Origin: Eledone cirrhosa
Lineage: Eukaryota
Assembly: GCA_964016885.1 (NCBI GenBank)
Contig: OZ024740.1
Location: 185,566,001 to 185,630,000, forward strand
Reading direction: 5' to 3'
Length of the DNA: 64,000 bases
This document shows positions 1-14,596 of this stretch, in pieces. A program made the translations under genes and the position numbers. The notes beneath the pieces were generated by a model. That model made no database searches. It was not told the DNA's origin and saw nothing but the letters and a program-made list of their open reading frames with translations. Position 1 is the stretch's first letter, and the number at the start of each line of letters is the position of its first letter.

Positions 1-282
1 ATTGAAAATTTAGATATATGCAAGTATTTTTAGCTTTTGAGAGCCGTGACATATGTGGAAATATCATGTAATATATTCATATATCATATAACGTAAATGT
101 TTTTTCGCGTAATATTTTAATATTTATGAATGCACATCGAGAGAAGAGTATGTAAAAGTAAGTGTTCCTATTCATTTCAATGTGTTGTATAGTAATAGAT
201 ACATGAATTACTAAATCTACCACCACTACCTATTTCTGTAACAAATTTGCTACTTTTTTTACAATAAGTATCTAGTACTATT

Positions 283-362
283 ATAATTGTTTCTACTTTT
301 TCGCACAATGCCAGCAATTACCCAGCGCATTACTGGTACTTTATTTTATCGACGCCGTAAGG
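283..362 (-). mobile_element. 3' fragment of tRNA-derived SINE
   Basis: Reverse complement of the SINE 3' half (ccttacggcgtcgataaaataaagtaccagtaatgcgctgggtaattgctggcattgtgc...agtagaaacaattat), matching full copies at 8289 and 39087. Confidence 0.85.
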
Positions 363-728
363 CAAATTAACAAATTTGACACATAGGCTCAAAATATGTA
401 TTCATTGATCAGTTTGAATTACGTTGGAGCGCTGTATGTTTTACGTCACTGTATTAACTTTTTTAAAACATTGGTGTGCGAAAACCATAAAAGACTTTTA
501 AAAGCATGTTCAAATTAAGCCATTTTTAAATCTTAAAATATTTCCCTACAGACCATATATTTTCGATGATTGTTTTCTACTGAATTTTGGGGGAACATTT
601 CATATCTTCATAAAATATCCACTTGCAGAAATACACAATAATGGAATTTTAAAAATGCATTTAATATCTCATCGTATGTTAACGACATGTGATTGATAAT
701 TTATAAAAGGTTTGTGTATATATAATTA

Positions 729-753
729 CACACACACACACACACGGACACGG

Positions 754-826
<73 letters not shown>

Positions 827-828
827 AT
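729..828. repeat. (CA)n-(TA)n compound microsatellite
   Basis: Direct reading. Confidence 0.95.
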
Positions 829-1992
829 AACGATCTATTTTATGATATTGTGATTTGTAATTCCAATCAGTATCAGATAAATTATACAGGAAACAAGATT
901 GTATGAAAAATCTTATTTCTTATCATTTCCACGTTTTCCTATATCGAATATAAATCCGTCATATCCTGAAAAAAAAACAATGATTTCTCATAAGCAGATC
1001 TATTTTTAATATAGTTACGTTTGTTGATATGCAACGAAAATGTTCGTTCAAATATTTTCTTTAAAATCCATTTTTATATATTATAGCATAGCTCGAAGGT
1101 TATGAAATCCTGGCAGATAAACTGCATATGGTTTTTAATGAATCGTTTTACATTTGAGAGGGTAGAAAGGTGAGTCGATAAATTTTCTCACGGCAGCCAT
1201 AATCTACTAACATTGAAATATCGACTATTTGGTCTTCTTAGAATACTGTTTTTATACATTACCAATGAAGAAGGCATACAATGAATTTACATTGCTGTCA
1301 TGTAGATACTATTCTATGGGATATTTCGAGTAGAATCTGGAGAGAATTTATACTGATAATCAATCATTCTCAAAGCAATTTTTAACGAAATCCTCTCCAA
1401 CTATTACGAGTTCTCACACACTTTGGATATAAACTTGTTGTTCCTCGGAAAAGACTTTTGACAAATGCTAACACATGATATGTGTCCCATAATCTAAGTT
1501 TATAGAAATAATTAATATTGTTAAAATTAAGGTTACAAGTTCGTAGAATTGGTGGGAATATACATAAAGCGAAGGTGAATTGTATAATATTTAAAACTGT
1601 ACGTTTTACATGTGGGTTATAAAAGGAATAGAATGACTGCGCTAGCTATTTACTGGCATCTCTTTCCGATTCGATTTCGAATCACGACATTGTCAAAGGT
1701 GTCTTTAGTTTTCTTCAGTTTAGTTTTCTGGAGTTTCATGAAATACTGACGTCAACATTTGAGGCAGTGGCCCGATTTTAGAAATCAATATCTATTTACG
1801 TCATGATTTCGAATCCATCCCTGTTCATCATTGATGTAACGCCTGTGGAGTTAAATATAAGGCATCACTAAACTATATTCTGTATCGAAACCAGCACTAT
1901 GGCAGTTTCATATTTGTACTGACTGAATTACGTAAAAGAATAAATACTTTCTTTATAAACGCTTTTCAAGAGCCAAATAGTAATGGGAATAT

Positions 1993-2102
1993 ACGTTTCC
2001 ATAAATCAATCTTGGTGTAGAGTCTACACCAACAATTATTTTTGGAAACGTGTGACTTCACCAACTACAGTCTACAATGTAGACTAGTTGGTGAAGTCAC
2101 AC
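1993..2102. repeat. Two abutting imperfect palindromes
   Basis: 1993-2051 acgtttccataaat...ttggtgtaga-g-tctacaccaa...atttttggaaacgt; 2050-2102 gtgtgacttcaccaacta(ca)gtctaca-a-tgtagactagttggtgaagtcacac. Confidence 0.85.
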
Positions 2103-4472
2103 CAGTGCTAAAGTGTTTCCAGTAAAGATTTAAATCATTGTATTTACATTTCGTTTTCTCCCACTTTAAAGAACTAGGTTGAATTCAACAACATTGCCTT
2201 TTTCTTATACTACTTGCCATCATTTTACTTACAATTGCTCTTATTACAATGATATAAATCTTTAAGTATATTACAAAAGATGGCGATTAAAACAATCGTT
2301 GCTTACTTACATATTTTCACGTATTGAATTCAACTGGAGGCAACTGGGGTTTGATTGCTTATGAAGGAGATAAAATACGTCCTATTAATCTATTGAAACA
2401 ATTATAACCATTAATTATATATATATGAGATTTGCTTTATCATAACGTTTTTGATTATGCCGATCTTTAGTAACAGGTAAGGACTAATACTTAATTAAGT
2501 AGACTTATCCAATGCGTTCTATCTATAACTATTACGTTATTTCCCTGAATATTGCATACTTAGTATTAGATTCTCAAACATATTCCTAGATTATGAATAT
2601 GATATGGCGTAATTTTAGTTAGATTTGGCTGCTGGCTTAGAATTTAGCAATGGCGTATTAAGTTATGCCCTACTTTGCTGGAGTCTAGTAGGTCCTTCAT
2701 ATTGCAGAGGTTGATAGAATATTATTCATTAGATGTAATCGACTTGTCCTCTGTAATTATTTGTGGACTTCTAATTATTATATTACATAACGAACTATTA
2801 TTGATCAAGTGAACTCTACGAAATGTCTGGCAGCTATTAAAAAGCAGATAATTTATCAATCCTTTTATTAGTTAATTATATTAATAAAAAGGATATTTCT
2901 TTAATTATTTAACATATTATAGATTATTTAATTAGTAGCGCAAAGAAAAGCCTCGGTAATTCTAACTTAGAACTCGAATGCACGCAATCATTTATTCCAA
3001 ATAGATAAACTGTTTTTAAACAATACCTCCTGCCAGTTTCATGAAGTTACATCTCTGAAACATTAGTTTCTATTACACAATTCTAATTTTATAAGGATAA
3101 CAAGCTATGTATTATATAGAGGAATAAAACAACCTAGCGGTAACTTAGTTCATATTTGTTACAAAACAAAAACCACATGGAGGGAAAACAGCACAAAAGT
3201 TGTCTCATTTAACGATTGTTTCCGTTATTCTTATCTATGAAATGATTGCCGTGTTTATTTAATGACATTAAAGAACAACATGAATGCGAATGATCTATTG
3301 CTGGGCTACTGATAATAGGTTCAATGTCTGAATTACAAAACAACGAATCCAATTAGTAAAGTTTAGACAGTTGTAATTTCCTACAAATTGACTGGAACAC
3401 TGACATATCTCACAGTTTACAGTTATTTAGTTCGTTCAAAATGTAAAATTGTATGTTTGGAAGAAAATGATATATTTTACTTCAAAATGTTATTAGCATT
3501 CCTCATTTCTGAGCTGCGTAATTATTACCTGAATGCTGTTATTTTACCTAGCGCTCCTACAATTTCCCATTGTACATTTGTAACTTCCATAATTATATCA
3601 GATACCAGCATATACAATTACTGAGTTTTACTGTGTATTACAATCACTAAATTTATCTTGAACATATTGGGTAATCAGTACGGTAAACAGATTTACAAAC
3701 CTTGAATTTTCTTCTAAAAACAGAACAAAGGTAAGCTATTCTCTTAAGAATCCATCTTTTCATCGCCATAATTTGCTTTTCTATCAATATTGTGAACAAC
3801 CCTAAACAGATTAGTATATTTTAAAACAAACACACGAGGCAGCTGTATGTAAATAGAATCATTAATTGACATTTTTAGAATAGTAGATAGTATATACATC
3901 AAGGTATAGAAGTTAACATCTTATACATATCACATTGAGATTTTATCGTATATATCACTGCTGAATGAGTGTTTCGCATACAATATTGCTTAACAGTTGA
4001 CTAGATGTAAAGTCCTTAGATTTTAGTGATAATTACAATGCTGGACGCCTAAGACTTTTCACAATAGCACTGGGAAAAATAATGATATTAACTTTGATTT
4101 GAAACACTGACACAAACACCAATCGCATATGCCAACATATAGCTATGATTTGCATTGTTATGTTATTATACTTTGATAGTCACAAATCTACCCTCATGGT
4201 AGACGGATATAATCGATTAAATTGATCCCAGTCTTATACTTAACTGGCACCCATTTCATTGATACCAGATAACAGTTATATCAAAGTGGAAAACCGTGTC
4301 AAATAATCAAGAGGCATAGTTGTAACATCTCAATTCTTCAAACTTATTTTTGTGCATTGTTTTATATTGATTTATTCCACGGGTAAAAATTCTAGAGAAC
4401 TCCATTAAATCTATTTCGTTTCTCTAAACTATTTTATAAAATCTATCCCATTACTCTAATCTATTATAGCAA

Positions 4473-4790
4473 TTCTTCTTCTTCTTCTTCTTCTTCTTCT
4501 TCTTCTTCTTCTTCTTCTTCTTCTTCTTCTTCTTCTTCTTCTTCTTCTTCTTCTTCTTCTTCTTCTTCTTCTTCTTCTTCTTCCTGAGAGTTTCATGTGG
4601 GTCCTGTCACAAGAAACCGTTTCCAACTTATCCCGCTGGATCCCAAAGCGAAACCAGCGAAGCTCATGTATGTTATCCAATAATCATCCTTGGAGTCTAC
4701 CCCTGGGTTTCCTGCCTGTTGGATTTGGCTGTAAAATCAGTGCAGCGTTTCTTTCCTGAGACATTCTAACCACATACCCATAATATCGAT
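4473..4790 (-). mobile_element. 3' end of RTE-type LINE with (AAG)n tail
   Basis: Minus-strand translation YGYVVRMSQERNAALILQPNPTGRKPRGR...DNIHELRW resembles the RTE ORF C-terminus (GHVxRM...G.RPRGRP..RW.D). It runs into the (CTT)n tract 4473-4583, read as an (AAG)n tail. Same family as 58400-58635. Confidence 0.75.
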
Positions 4791-5029
4791 CGCAGGAGGT
4801 TGAAAGGAAACAATTAACCGGAAGCGGGTGAAAAAATAATGTTGGGTGGCTAAGTGTTAATTTCATCGACCATGGACAGAGGGGCAACGACTTTATCTAT
4901 CCGAAACGAAATTAGAAATAAAAGGCATCAGCTAAATATCACGAGGCAGTTTCAGAGCTGTTCCTCGTTTGTGAGTTTGTGATTCATGAGAACGTCGACT
5001 AGAATGCTTTGTAGAATTTGTTCCAACTC

Positions 5030-5122
5030 TCTGAGTGAAAATCCCATTTTGCCTTTCATCTTTTTGAGGTCGATAATTTCGAGTTCAATAAAAGAGGTAC
5101 CAGTTTAGTACTTGGGTCGATT
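5030..5122 (+). mobile_element. Degenerate SINE fragment
   Basis: tttgcctttcatc...ggtcgataa...gtaccagt...tgggtcgat core shared with the SINE family. Confidence 0.55.
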
Positions 5123-8100
5123 CCTCTATATCTCTGCCTCACTTCTTCTTTCTCAATTTCTATTTTTCTTTGGAACAAATATGCTGTACTCAGGCCTGGG
5201 CAGGAATTTGTTTCGCTAGGCTTAAAATGATCGGGAAACGCCGTATATTAATACGACTTCGTGAGGGGTTACGGCACCATAACATTGTCGATGAAAAAGA
5301 AGTTTAAATTTTTTCCCATGTCGTAATCATGTGGGAATGAATACTTCTGATATATTTACTTGAATCAAACATTACATGACTAGTAATTATGGTAAAGTGT
5401 AAAGATGAAAATGAAAATTACATGCAAGATGTTTACAATGTAAAACGGAAGGAGACGCAAGGAGACAAATGTATCCATGGTCTCATAACTCCTGATGGAA
5501 TCATAGCGGTACCTTATTGATATATGACGTCTATAGAACATTTTATGCGTCGTGAAGTACATCCCTATAGATTTGAATATAACAGATTTCTTCCAGCGAA
5601 GGACGGGGAGAATGAGTAAGAGAGATAGAGGAAGAATCAACGTCAGTACTTGACTACTTCTTTCTTAATTATCTTCACCTTCACGTGATTCTTTAGCAGA
5701 TACAATTACGTATGATATATAATTTAACTATATTTGGCTGGGCTTTTTAAATCAAAACATAAAGGAATGTAATAAAATACCACAGGTTATTTTGTAATGT
5801 GAACTCTACATGCATTGATATTGTATAATGTGTCCAGTTTTTCAATGTTACATTCGTGATAATAAGAGCAGATTCGTTAAAATATGTGGAACGACACATC
5901 TATATAGCATGTTAGTCGACATATAACAGGTTGACAAATGAAGATGGGACGGAATTTTAATGAAATATAGAAAACAATTTGCTCGTACAAGGTCAAAACA
6001 TATATTTAGGGTCAAATGTGGATTATTATTATTTTCTACTACTATTCTCATTTGTGAAAACGTTTATTTGATTTACTGTGGCTTAATTCATAATATCCAA
6101 ATACTGTCATGAAATATATATTACTAAATATCATTTGATGTCTTTCATTTCATAGATCACGATCAATATCCATACATAGCAAGTTAATCTCATAAGCATT
6201 TGGAGAATCAACGCCACTTGATATAAGCTAAGACACTAAAAGTACACTTGGCTAAAAACGGAAATGGAAAATGCTCACTTACTACATCTTCATAAAACGG
6301 AACAAATATCTATAATCGTTTATACATTGACTTTCAGATTTTTAACACTCAGCTGAACGGCTGTATTTATCTTTCGCAGAATATTCACCTCGTTGATCTT
6401 TTCCATTAAGACTAACTTTTCTAGGTACTATACATATCACTTCTAATGGATGTCTGTTATGAAACAGTTATTTTTATACATACTAAATAGTATGTATACT
6501 ATTAATCGTTGACGAAATTTCGGTATTTTATATTTTTCTGTCATATTTATTGAGTCTTAACTAATATGGAAGAAATACGTGTTTGATTATCTACGATTGA
6601 GTGTTTTCGTGTAATCCTATCATATCGAGTAGCCCAAGTCTGAAGCAGCGGTACAATTACGTGTGATATACAATTTAACTATACGTGTGTGTGTGTATTA
6701 AGAGGTATTTTCATGAACTGAAAGGGAGTACCTTTCCTGCATCAATCTAATCTTCCTGATGATTTCTAGTTATCGTGTCGATCTTGCATGGTCTACTGTT
6801 CATGGCCAATCCTCTGCGTCACACAGAACAAACCAGGCCCGTACCTAACCGTTCTTGGCCATCAGTTGCTGCCTCCCGTCCTGTAGATTGTTATGGAGAT
6901 TATGGTTCTATGGATTTTACTTTGGCACTACTCACCACAAGTACGATCTCCTTTAGCAAATACTTATGCCAAGGCTGAAGTTTTTGAGACATTGTTTGGA
7001 TCGGAGGTGCCATGTCCTGTCCAACTGAAAACCTACACCAGACCTGTTAATTCCTCAAATCTGTCAGTAATCTGCACAGTAAACATGAAACAAACTCCAC
7101 AAATATATAATAGATCGATGAAAGTGGGTTAACCCTTATAAAATCATATTCTACACTAGCTAACACATACTATTAAACACGTTTTATATATTCAGATTTC
7201 AAATAGTGTGTTGCATTGAAAACTGTTGGAAAAATATTTGCACACTAGATAACATACAGACATTTATAAATTTCTCCCATCATAATTTACCTCTGTTGGG
7301 TCCCCAAGCGTAAACAACCTAACATCTCCTTTTGCAACCAACTCCTTGAAAGTGTTTAAAGTTTTTAGATAATTAGCCTATAATTCAAATCAGACGCATA
7401 TTACATATATACACAGATTAGAATATAAATTATGTAAGGCACATATTAAACATACGCACATTTCAATGGTTCTAGCCCCGAGAGATTCAGAACTTGGGAA
7501 TTGCCTCTATCTTTCTCAAAAAAGGCACCACGACCGTATTAAGACCAAATGTAGTGGGCTAACGGACGTTTCGCTTAATTCTTTCCCGGCACCTGATGAT
7601 ATGCCGACATGAGTTGTCAACTACATTACTGGAGCTCAAAGTCTAGTATATATCAATTAAAAGGTTTTTTTTCTAATACTTATACACCTAAATGGAGGTA
7701 TGAATTATATTAATTAATTATCAACAAGCATACAAAATGTTGGCCAAAATATTGCTTATTGATTTCAGAAACCATGGTTGGGTATCTATATAAGTAAGCC
7801 TGATTTATTTTAGTGAGAATTTGGTTTAAGTTTAAGTTGTTTAATACCTTCTCTGATTTAATTTATTAATATTGTGGTCCGTTCATTGAGACGTCTAAGT
7901 ATTAAAGAAAATTTAATTTGAAATCAATAGTAGCTACACCTTCAATTTAGAGTAGCTTTAGACGGATTTCTGTTGTGTCACTATAAATGTTTTGCCCATA
8001 TGAGTGTCACTATAAGTGAGTCGCATTGTCTTAATACATAGAGTAATATAATTTTGTAAAATATATATATTATAATATATTGTAAGACACACATATATAT

Positions 8101-8288
8101 ATATGTATATGTGTGTGTACATATATGTGCGTGTATACATATATGTGCGTGTGCGTCTGTGTGTGTGGATGTGGGTATGTATATGTATGTACTTTTACGA
8201 TTTCTACGTGTGAGAGAGTATGTGCCCGTAGGAATGTTATGCACCTGTAGGTGATCTTGTATACGTGGATATATTTCATTATTTCATT

Positions 8289-8667
8289 GGTGGATTGGCA
8301 GTATCGGTGGAGGGTCGGAAGCCACGCTTTCCAGCATAGTTACGTCCCTTTACGATCTGAGTTCAAATCCCGCCGAGGTTGACTTTGCCTTTCATCCTTA
8401 CGGGGTCGATAAAATAAAGTACCAGTAATGCACTGGGTAATTGCAGGCCTTGTGCCTAAAGTAGAAACAATTATTTCTTTGGTGGATTGGCAGTATCGGT
8501 AGAGGGTCGGACGCCATGCTTTGCAGCACAGTTACGTCCCTTTACGGACTGAGTTCAAATCCCGCCGAGGTTAACTTTGCCTTTCACTCTTATGGGGTCG
8601 ATAAAATAAAGTACCAGTAATACACTGGGATAATTGCTGGCCTTGTGCCAAATGTAGAAACAATTAT
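8289..8667 (+). mobile_element. Head-to-tail dimer of tRNA-derived SINE (8289-8475, 8481-8667)
   Basis: Each ~187-nt copy has an A-box-like tggcagtatcgg, a B-box gagttcaaatccc, the core tttgcctttcatccttacggggtcgataaaataaagtaccagt (3 substitutions in copy 2) and the tail gaaacaattatt. Confidence 0.92.
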
Positions 8668-8769
8668 TTCTTTATATATATCCGTTAATTTTGTTTTGTT
8701 TTTGTTTATAACAGTATTTTTTCTTGTAATTCTAGAGATAGGTGCGTCTGTAGAATTCTAGGCCCGTGT

Positions 8770-8935
8770 TTGGTCATTCTATATGCTTGTTTGTGTTTTG
8801 CTGGTTCTTCCACAGACCTGATCTGATTTTTATTGTGTTAACACTGGTCTGAGGATCATGCAGTCTTGAAGTGTGATCTGGGTGCCATCCCCGATCATGA
8901 GCCAGATGCTTGGGAAATATTTGAAACCAGGATTA
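8770..8935 (-). mobile_element. Possible highly degenerate LINE RT fragment
   Basis: Minus strand reads FKYFPSI...GDGTQIT, reminiscent of the RT FKYLGS...DG motif; weak. Confidence 0.3.
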
Positions 8936-9769
8936 TGCAATACATCTCCTATGTAACATCACTTTGTTCTTATTATATATATATACATGTGTGTTTGTCC
9001 AAGTATATCGGTTTACTTAGCTGTATTCTGTACAGCCACTTTTATAAAAAACAATCCAAAGTAAGCAAAAATATTTTAAAGTTTATCATTATAGAATTAA
9101 TGTAGATCGTTATGTGTTTTTAAAACATTTACTATGACACAATAATTAATACTTTCAAATGTGTAAACTAATTCTACTGTTATAAATCCGGTCCTTATTT
9201 CATTATCACATAATTGAGTGTATATAGCAAAACCAGCATATGTTTCATAAAAAAATATCATTCAAAATATAATATTATAATAACATAATAAATCAAAAAG
9301 TAAATAAAGCGAGGAGTTTGAGCAAAGCAATGAAAAAAATTATATGAATCAGTTTCGAGGTTATGTGCTAGAATACGGAAGCAAACAATTCTCTATAAAT
9401 TGAATTTCCGTATTAGTTGGAGAAAGAAAAGCATATCAGCAATTGTTAGTGACTCGTAAGAAACATAGAAGATAATTTAAAGAAATATCTTTTATAAAAT
9501 TAAACAGAATGCACTTTAAATTAATTTGTTTTAAACGTAACAACACATTGTAATTCATTTTTGTCAATGTTTAACTTTACAAATATTCATTTTTATAAAT
9601 TATATGAATCATTAGTAGATATGCATTATTGTGTCAGTGAATATTCACATCGAAAATTAGCATTTCACTGTGCCTATCTTGAGATTGTACCTAAGAAAGG
9701 AGTATCTCTGTAGAAGTTTCTTAATCCCATGTCTAAGTAGCAAACTTATTTAAATACAATGATTACGGT

Positions 9770-9910
9770 GTGAGTTCAAATACTGCTGAGGTTAGCATTG
9801 CCTTTCATCCTTACGAGGGCGATAAAATAAAACACCATTAATGCTCTGGTGTCGATTTAATCGACTTTACCCTCCCTCAAACTGCTGGACTTGTGCCTAA
9901 ATCAGAAAAC
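9770..9910 (+). mobile_element. Diverged SINE, variant with gtcgatttaatcgac insert
   Basis: gagttcaaat B box, ttgcctttcatccttacg core and tgctggacttgtgcctaa 3' end. Confidence 0.75.
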
Positions 9911-12779
9911 TTTATTCAAATATAATGTTCTCTTATAAGGAAACATTTATTATGGAAACATACCGAATTGTTGTTTAATGCAATAAACCAACCCTCAAAA
10001 CGACTAGTCTTTAAGAATAATATGTGTCAGGATAATTATAGTTAAGTTAGATTTCATTCCATTACTTCTATAATCTGTGAATCGGAATATATCATTTGAA
10101 GGTGTCGGCTTCCAGGAAAGAAAGCGAGTCGAACTACTGCCTGTCGATGTTGATTGTGAAATTAAAATCACAAACGTCGAAGAATTTAGTTTTTATATAA
10201 AAGATTACTAAATCTTCATAAGAGAATTAAACACGAGAGGAAATTAAAAATAATAGTATGATCACGTATGAAATACACTGAAGAACACTGAAAAATAAGC
10301 ATGGTAAATTAATATATTTGAAAGGAGGTCGTTTGAAGGACAGCAATAATGGTATATCACATTAAATGTCTTTTAGTAATTAGTTTAGTTAGTCATGTGC
10401 TGAATTCAAACCTGCCTCAAGATCAGCTGTCATAGTTTCATACTTCCGTTAATCTTGAATATTAGCGTTATTAATCGATTACAATCTTTCAATACAAATG
10501 TGTTGATTTGTGCGAATGTTACAAATTTATATAAATATGAAAGTACCCTTAATTTTTTTTACTATAGTAAACGTGGATTACATAGTGAAACACGATGCTC
10601 TGAATATTAAAGGGAAATATAGAAAGGTAAGTTATTAGATAATTAGATGGGTGCTTTAGCATTATAGATACACCAGCTTGTTGAAACCGGCGGGTTGTAA
10701 AGGTATAAGTTGAACTCTCATACTTAGCGTAAATAGATTGATTGGCCTTCTTATAACTACAATAGTAAAATAAAATATTCAAATGTTTTTTGTATAGAAC
10801 TCTACAATGATCGTTGTTGTCGTTGTTGTTTAGACCTACTCCTGTTGATATGAGAAATGGTGTTCTCGCAATACATGTTCGTTGATTCTTTTCAATCACG
10901 GTTTTTCTTTACTGTATTCCTATATTGTGTAATTGGGGTAAGCTTTTACTGTTGTTTGTCTTAGGTAAAGCGACCTATCAGGTGCTCCATTGCCAGCCCA
11001 TATGAGCTTCGTTATTTTTCTTCATTTTGGGAACATGATTCTATTATTTTTAAATCATAGTACACATTATTATGAAACATAGTGTCTGTTCTCAAACATC
11101 TTTATTTACTTACTAGGTTTATTTATATTATGATAAACCTCATGAAACTCATCTCTGTTTAGCTGTGCTACTGAGTGTTTCTGAGAGTGTTGAGGTTATT
11201 GCATGTTCCGTTTCTGGATTTCAAACTTACAATCATAGGTGTTCCAACAGGGCCCATCCAATCATTATTATATAAGATGTAATGTATAAAGATCTATTTT
11301 ATCCAATGACTGTCATATTTAAGATGTGACTAGAAGGAGATTTAGCCACTCGTACTAACAAGATAGGAATCAATATATATATATATGTTGTTAAGGTGGA
11401 AACCTTATAGTGTATATATGGATATATTGATATTGTGTCCTATATCTCCCTCGAATCAAATACATGTATTAGCTCTTCTTACTGCGATAATTTTCCTCAA
11501 TAATATTCTAAACTTCTAACCCGTTCTCTTCGTTATTTCTCTTCATTTGGGGAACATGATTCTATATTCTATATTTGCAATACAATCATCATCGAGAAGC
11601 ATGATAGGAACTCTGCTACAGTAATGTTTTTTCTCTTCTTATACTTTTACATATGCTTATATATTTTCTAAAATAATTTCTTAAGTGTTACATATACATG
11701 TATATTGTGTTTACATATTTTCCATCGAAGTAATTGATTATTTCCTATTTATTCTGGTGTAGTTTTTGACGTATTTACCATAGTATGTTGCATTAAATAT
11801 CACCAAGCAGTTGCCTGGAGATATTGTCTACCGAGTTGATTTCCCCTCCAACCTAGTTTTCAAATATATACTTTATCAAAATTAAATATATGATTCACCT
11901 ACTTTCATAACGTATATCATCGATGTGCAATTATTATTATTGTTTCTTCGTTTGCTCATTCTTTACTTGATTTTATTGAATTCTCACTAGAGCTGAACTA
12001 TGTACATATTTCCTTCTTTGCTTCGGGCAGCAGTGTATTATCACGTAACATTGTTTCTTAGAATTCACCTTACCCCCTCCTTTTGCCATTATTGTCAGTA
12101 AGCAAATTCCTTAAATAATTCAGTTTAACCGTTGTTTGTACACGTAGTTAGAAATATATGCTTTTTTACTTTGTCTCCTTGGCCCAGAATATAGGAAATA
12201 TTATTATTTAATCTTTTATACCTCGACAACATAAGTCCGTATCCGTCTCAATCATTAAAATTATATAATTTCTTTATATATTTTGTCTTGCGATGGAAAT
12301 ACATTGTAATTAAACCATGAGAATATTTAGGAGATGAAGAATTCATTTACCATGATATCCTAAAAACCATATGTCGTTAACATTTGAAAACATTAAAATC
12401 CCTTACGAGATGTATGTTTTCTACCATTTCAGCTTTTCTACAATTTCAGCTTATATTGTTGTTGTATGGTTTGCATGTATCCAAGATTCAAATTCACCAT
12501 TCACAGCTGTCCACTTCTCAGTTGGACCACACAACCGCATAGATATTAATTTTAAGTGATTTATTATCTTGGACTCGCATTTTTGTTTTTACTTCTATAA
12601 TATCATAGATCAAAATATAAAAAAAGTGCAAATATATTTTAAATCGTAATATATTATTCTAGATCTTCACTTATTGATCGATACGTCGGTTTCAATGGTG
12701 TATGTCCATTAATTTTTGAAACATTATTTTATCGCAGAGAAAAGCCAGTACGAATTGTTATATCAGCCATTCCACTTCG

Positions 12780-13505
12780 CAATGCCTTAGGAATGAGGGT
12801 GGTGAAAATTGGCAATCTAACAAAACAGGACATCAGATGACTTAGAGGTGATGGTTACAGAAACATAAAGGCTTTGTATTTTGTCATCTTCGGCTTAGTT
12901 GCCGGGATTGTCGCCAATGTCACTCAGATGACATCGAAGAAATTGTCAGATGTTAGGTTCCAGATGAGTGACATAAATCGTGGCCCTTTTTATTAGGAGT
13001 ATTACATCTAGGTGTATACCGTCATGAACATCTGGACCATGAAGCTCCGATTAAGACCCTCGTAACGATATTATACAAATTGATGATCTGAAGAAAACTA
13101 TCCAAACTCTGGCAACAATAGGGCGGCAGATGTAACCCAGACTCCTCGACCGCGGCTCCACGATGGAGTGTGTGTGGATCACACATGCAATTAACAAGCT
13201 GCAAAGCGACTACGATACAAGAATAATCATCATCAAGAAGGGCACTGGTTCTTGAAGAAAAAACGGATTAATTCATTCACACTTGTTTGGTTGTGGCACG
13301 ACAGTGTTTTTCTTAGGACGACTCAAACATCAAATGATAATTGAACTGCATTTCATACCATAGCGATTACATCGGTAACGTCCCTACTTAAGTAATGTTG
13401 GTGGAATGATATGTCGGCAATGCTATGTCAAAGGAGGAGTAAAGTCCGAGGACCACATAGGTGTTTAAATTGTAGCCACCTTAGATTATCAAATCTGACT
13501 TTGCA
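12780..13505 (+). mobile_element. Possible decayed retroelement gag-like region
   Basis: Locally higher GC with two zinc-knuckle-like remnants (tgtttggttgtggc ~13284; tgtttaaattgtagccac = CLNCSH ~13463); no intact ORF. Confidence 0.25.
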
Positions 13506-14440
13506 GCTGAGTTCAGCACGAAGAGAAATCGTGACATTGAGTTCACTGAAAAGTTGTTTGGTCATAATATATGCCTTAGAAGTTTAATCTACTTTTGAGT
13601 ATAACTTAAATAAATCTGTTTCAATTTGTTTTAAAACAAGGTCATTGCGTGATTTGAGAATGGTATAATGTGTAAGCATAGCTGAAGTTAACAGCGGTGT
13701 TTTAGACCATACTAAAGTTAATATTTTCTTTTGAAGCAAGTTGAGAGCTAAAATGTTTTTTTCTTCCACTGTTTTTTTATTTTTTATTATTGAATGTTCT
13801 TTTTCGTGTGTCATTTCTTCAGCGATGTGTCTTACAAATTATCTTAAATTCCCCTCTTAATTCATATTTAGATATTGGAAATAAAATATTATATACTGTC
13901 AACATATATATTAAATCAGTTTCAAACTTCAGACAGGATGTATTATTGAAGTAGACTATCAGCATTGCGACCGCAGACGAACATTTCTGACAAAGTATCT
14001 CCACATTTCATGGTTTTTTTCATTGCTCACTACTGAAGTTTGTATGGTCTGAAAGTCGATTGATGGCGGTTCGAGGAGGTCTTACTCTATTATGTTTCCC
14101 TTGAGTTAGGTCCCACAATAGCAGCTTGTATATAGCTTCCTCCTTACTTCTCCAGCAATCTTCTGTAAATCATAACCGTCTTTTAGGAATTGTGGTATAT
14201 AGTGCTCTCATATAAATGGAACATTAAAACATGCACATTTCTTATTCACCAACACTAGTTTACTCAACACCTGTTGAATAGTGGCCATGATTAACAATAC
14301 ATGTTTCTTTAGATATTCTTGTGTCATGGCATGTTTCATTAGCAGTATATAGATGTTTAAATGTAGTACCTTTTCCGTTACGTTACTTTTTACTTACAAA
14401 AGCTTTAATTTCTAAATTTCCATCTGTGACGCATTGGATT

Positions 14441-14596
14441 GCCATGCTTTGACGCATAGAGTACGATCCTTGCCATTCTGAGTTCAAATCCCGCCGAGCT
14501 TAACTTTGCCTTTCATTCTTATGGGGTCGATAAAATAAAGTACCAGTAATGCACTGGGTATTTGCTGGCCTTGTGCCAAAAGTAGAAACAATTATT
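14441..14596 (+). mobile_element. SINE, subfamily B, 5'-truncated
   Basis: cttgccattctgagttcaaatcccgccgag...tttgcctttcatt...gtagaaacaattatt. Confidence 0.9.

Noticed and set aside
4456-4680. Poly-Arg ORF
   Set aside because: (AAG)n LINE tail.
5259-5268. T7-promoter-like taatacgact just upstream (~5249-5258), continuing tcgtgagggg
   Set aside because: Only 10 nt match and the rest diverges; chance similarity, no vector context.
7560-7625. ctgatga on + and GAAA-cg-TC on - near each other
   Set aside because: The two hammerhead half-motifs are on opposite strands and neither has a partner; no complete fold.
8289-8375. tRNA gene (A and B boxes)
   Set aside because: No cloverleaf or terminator; it is the SINE head.
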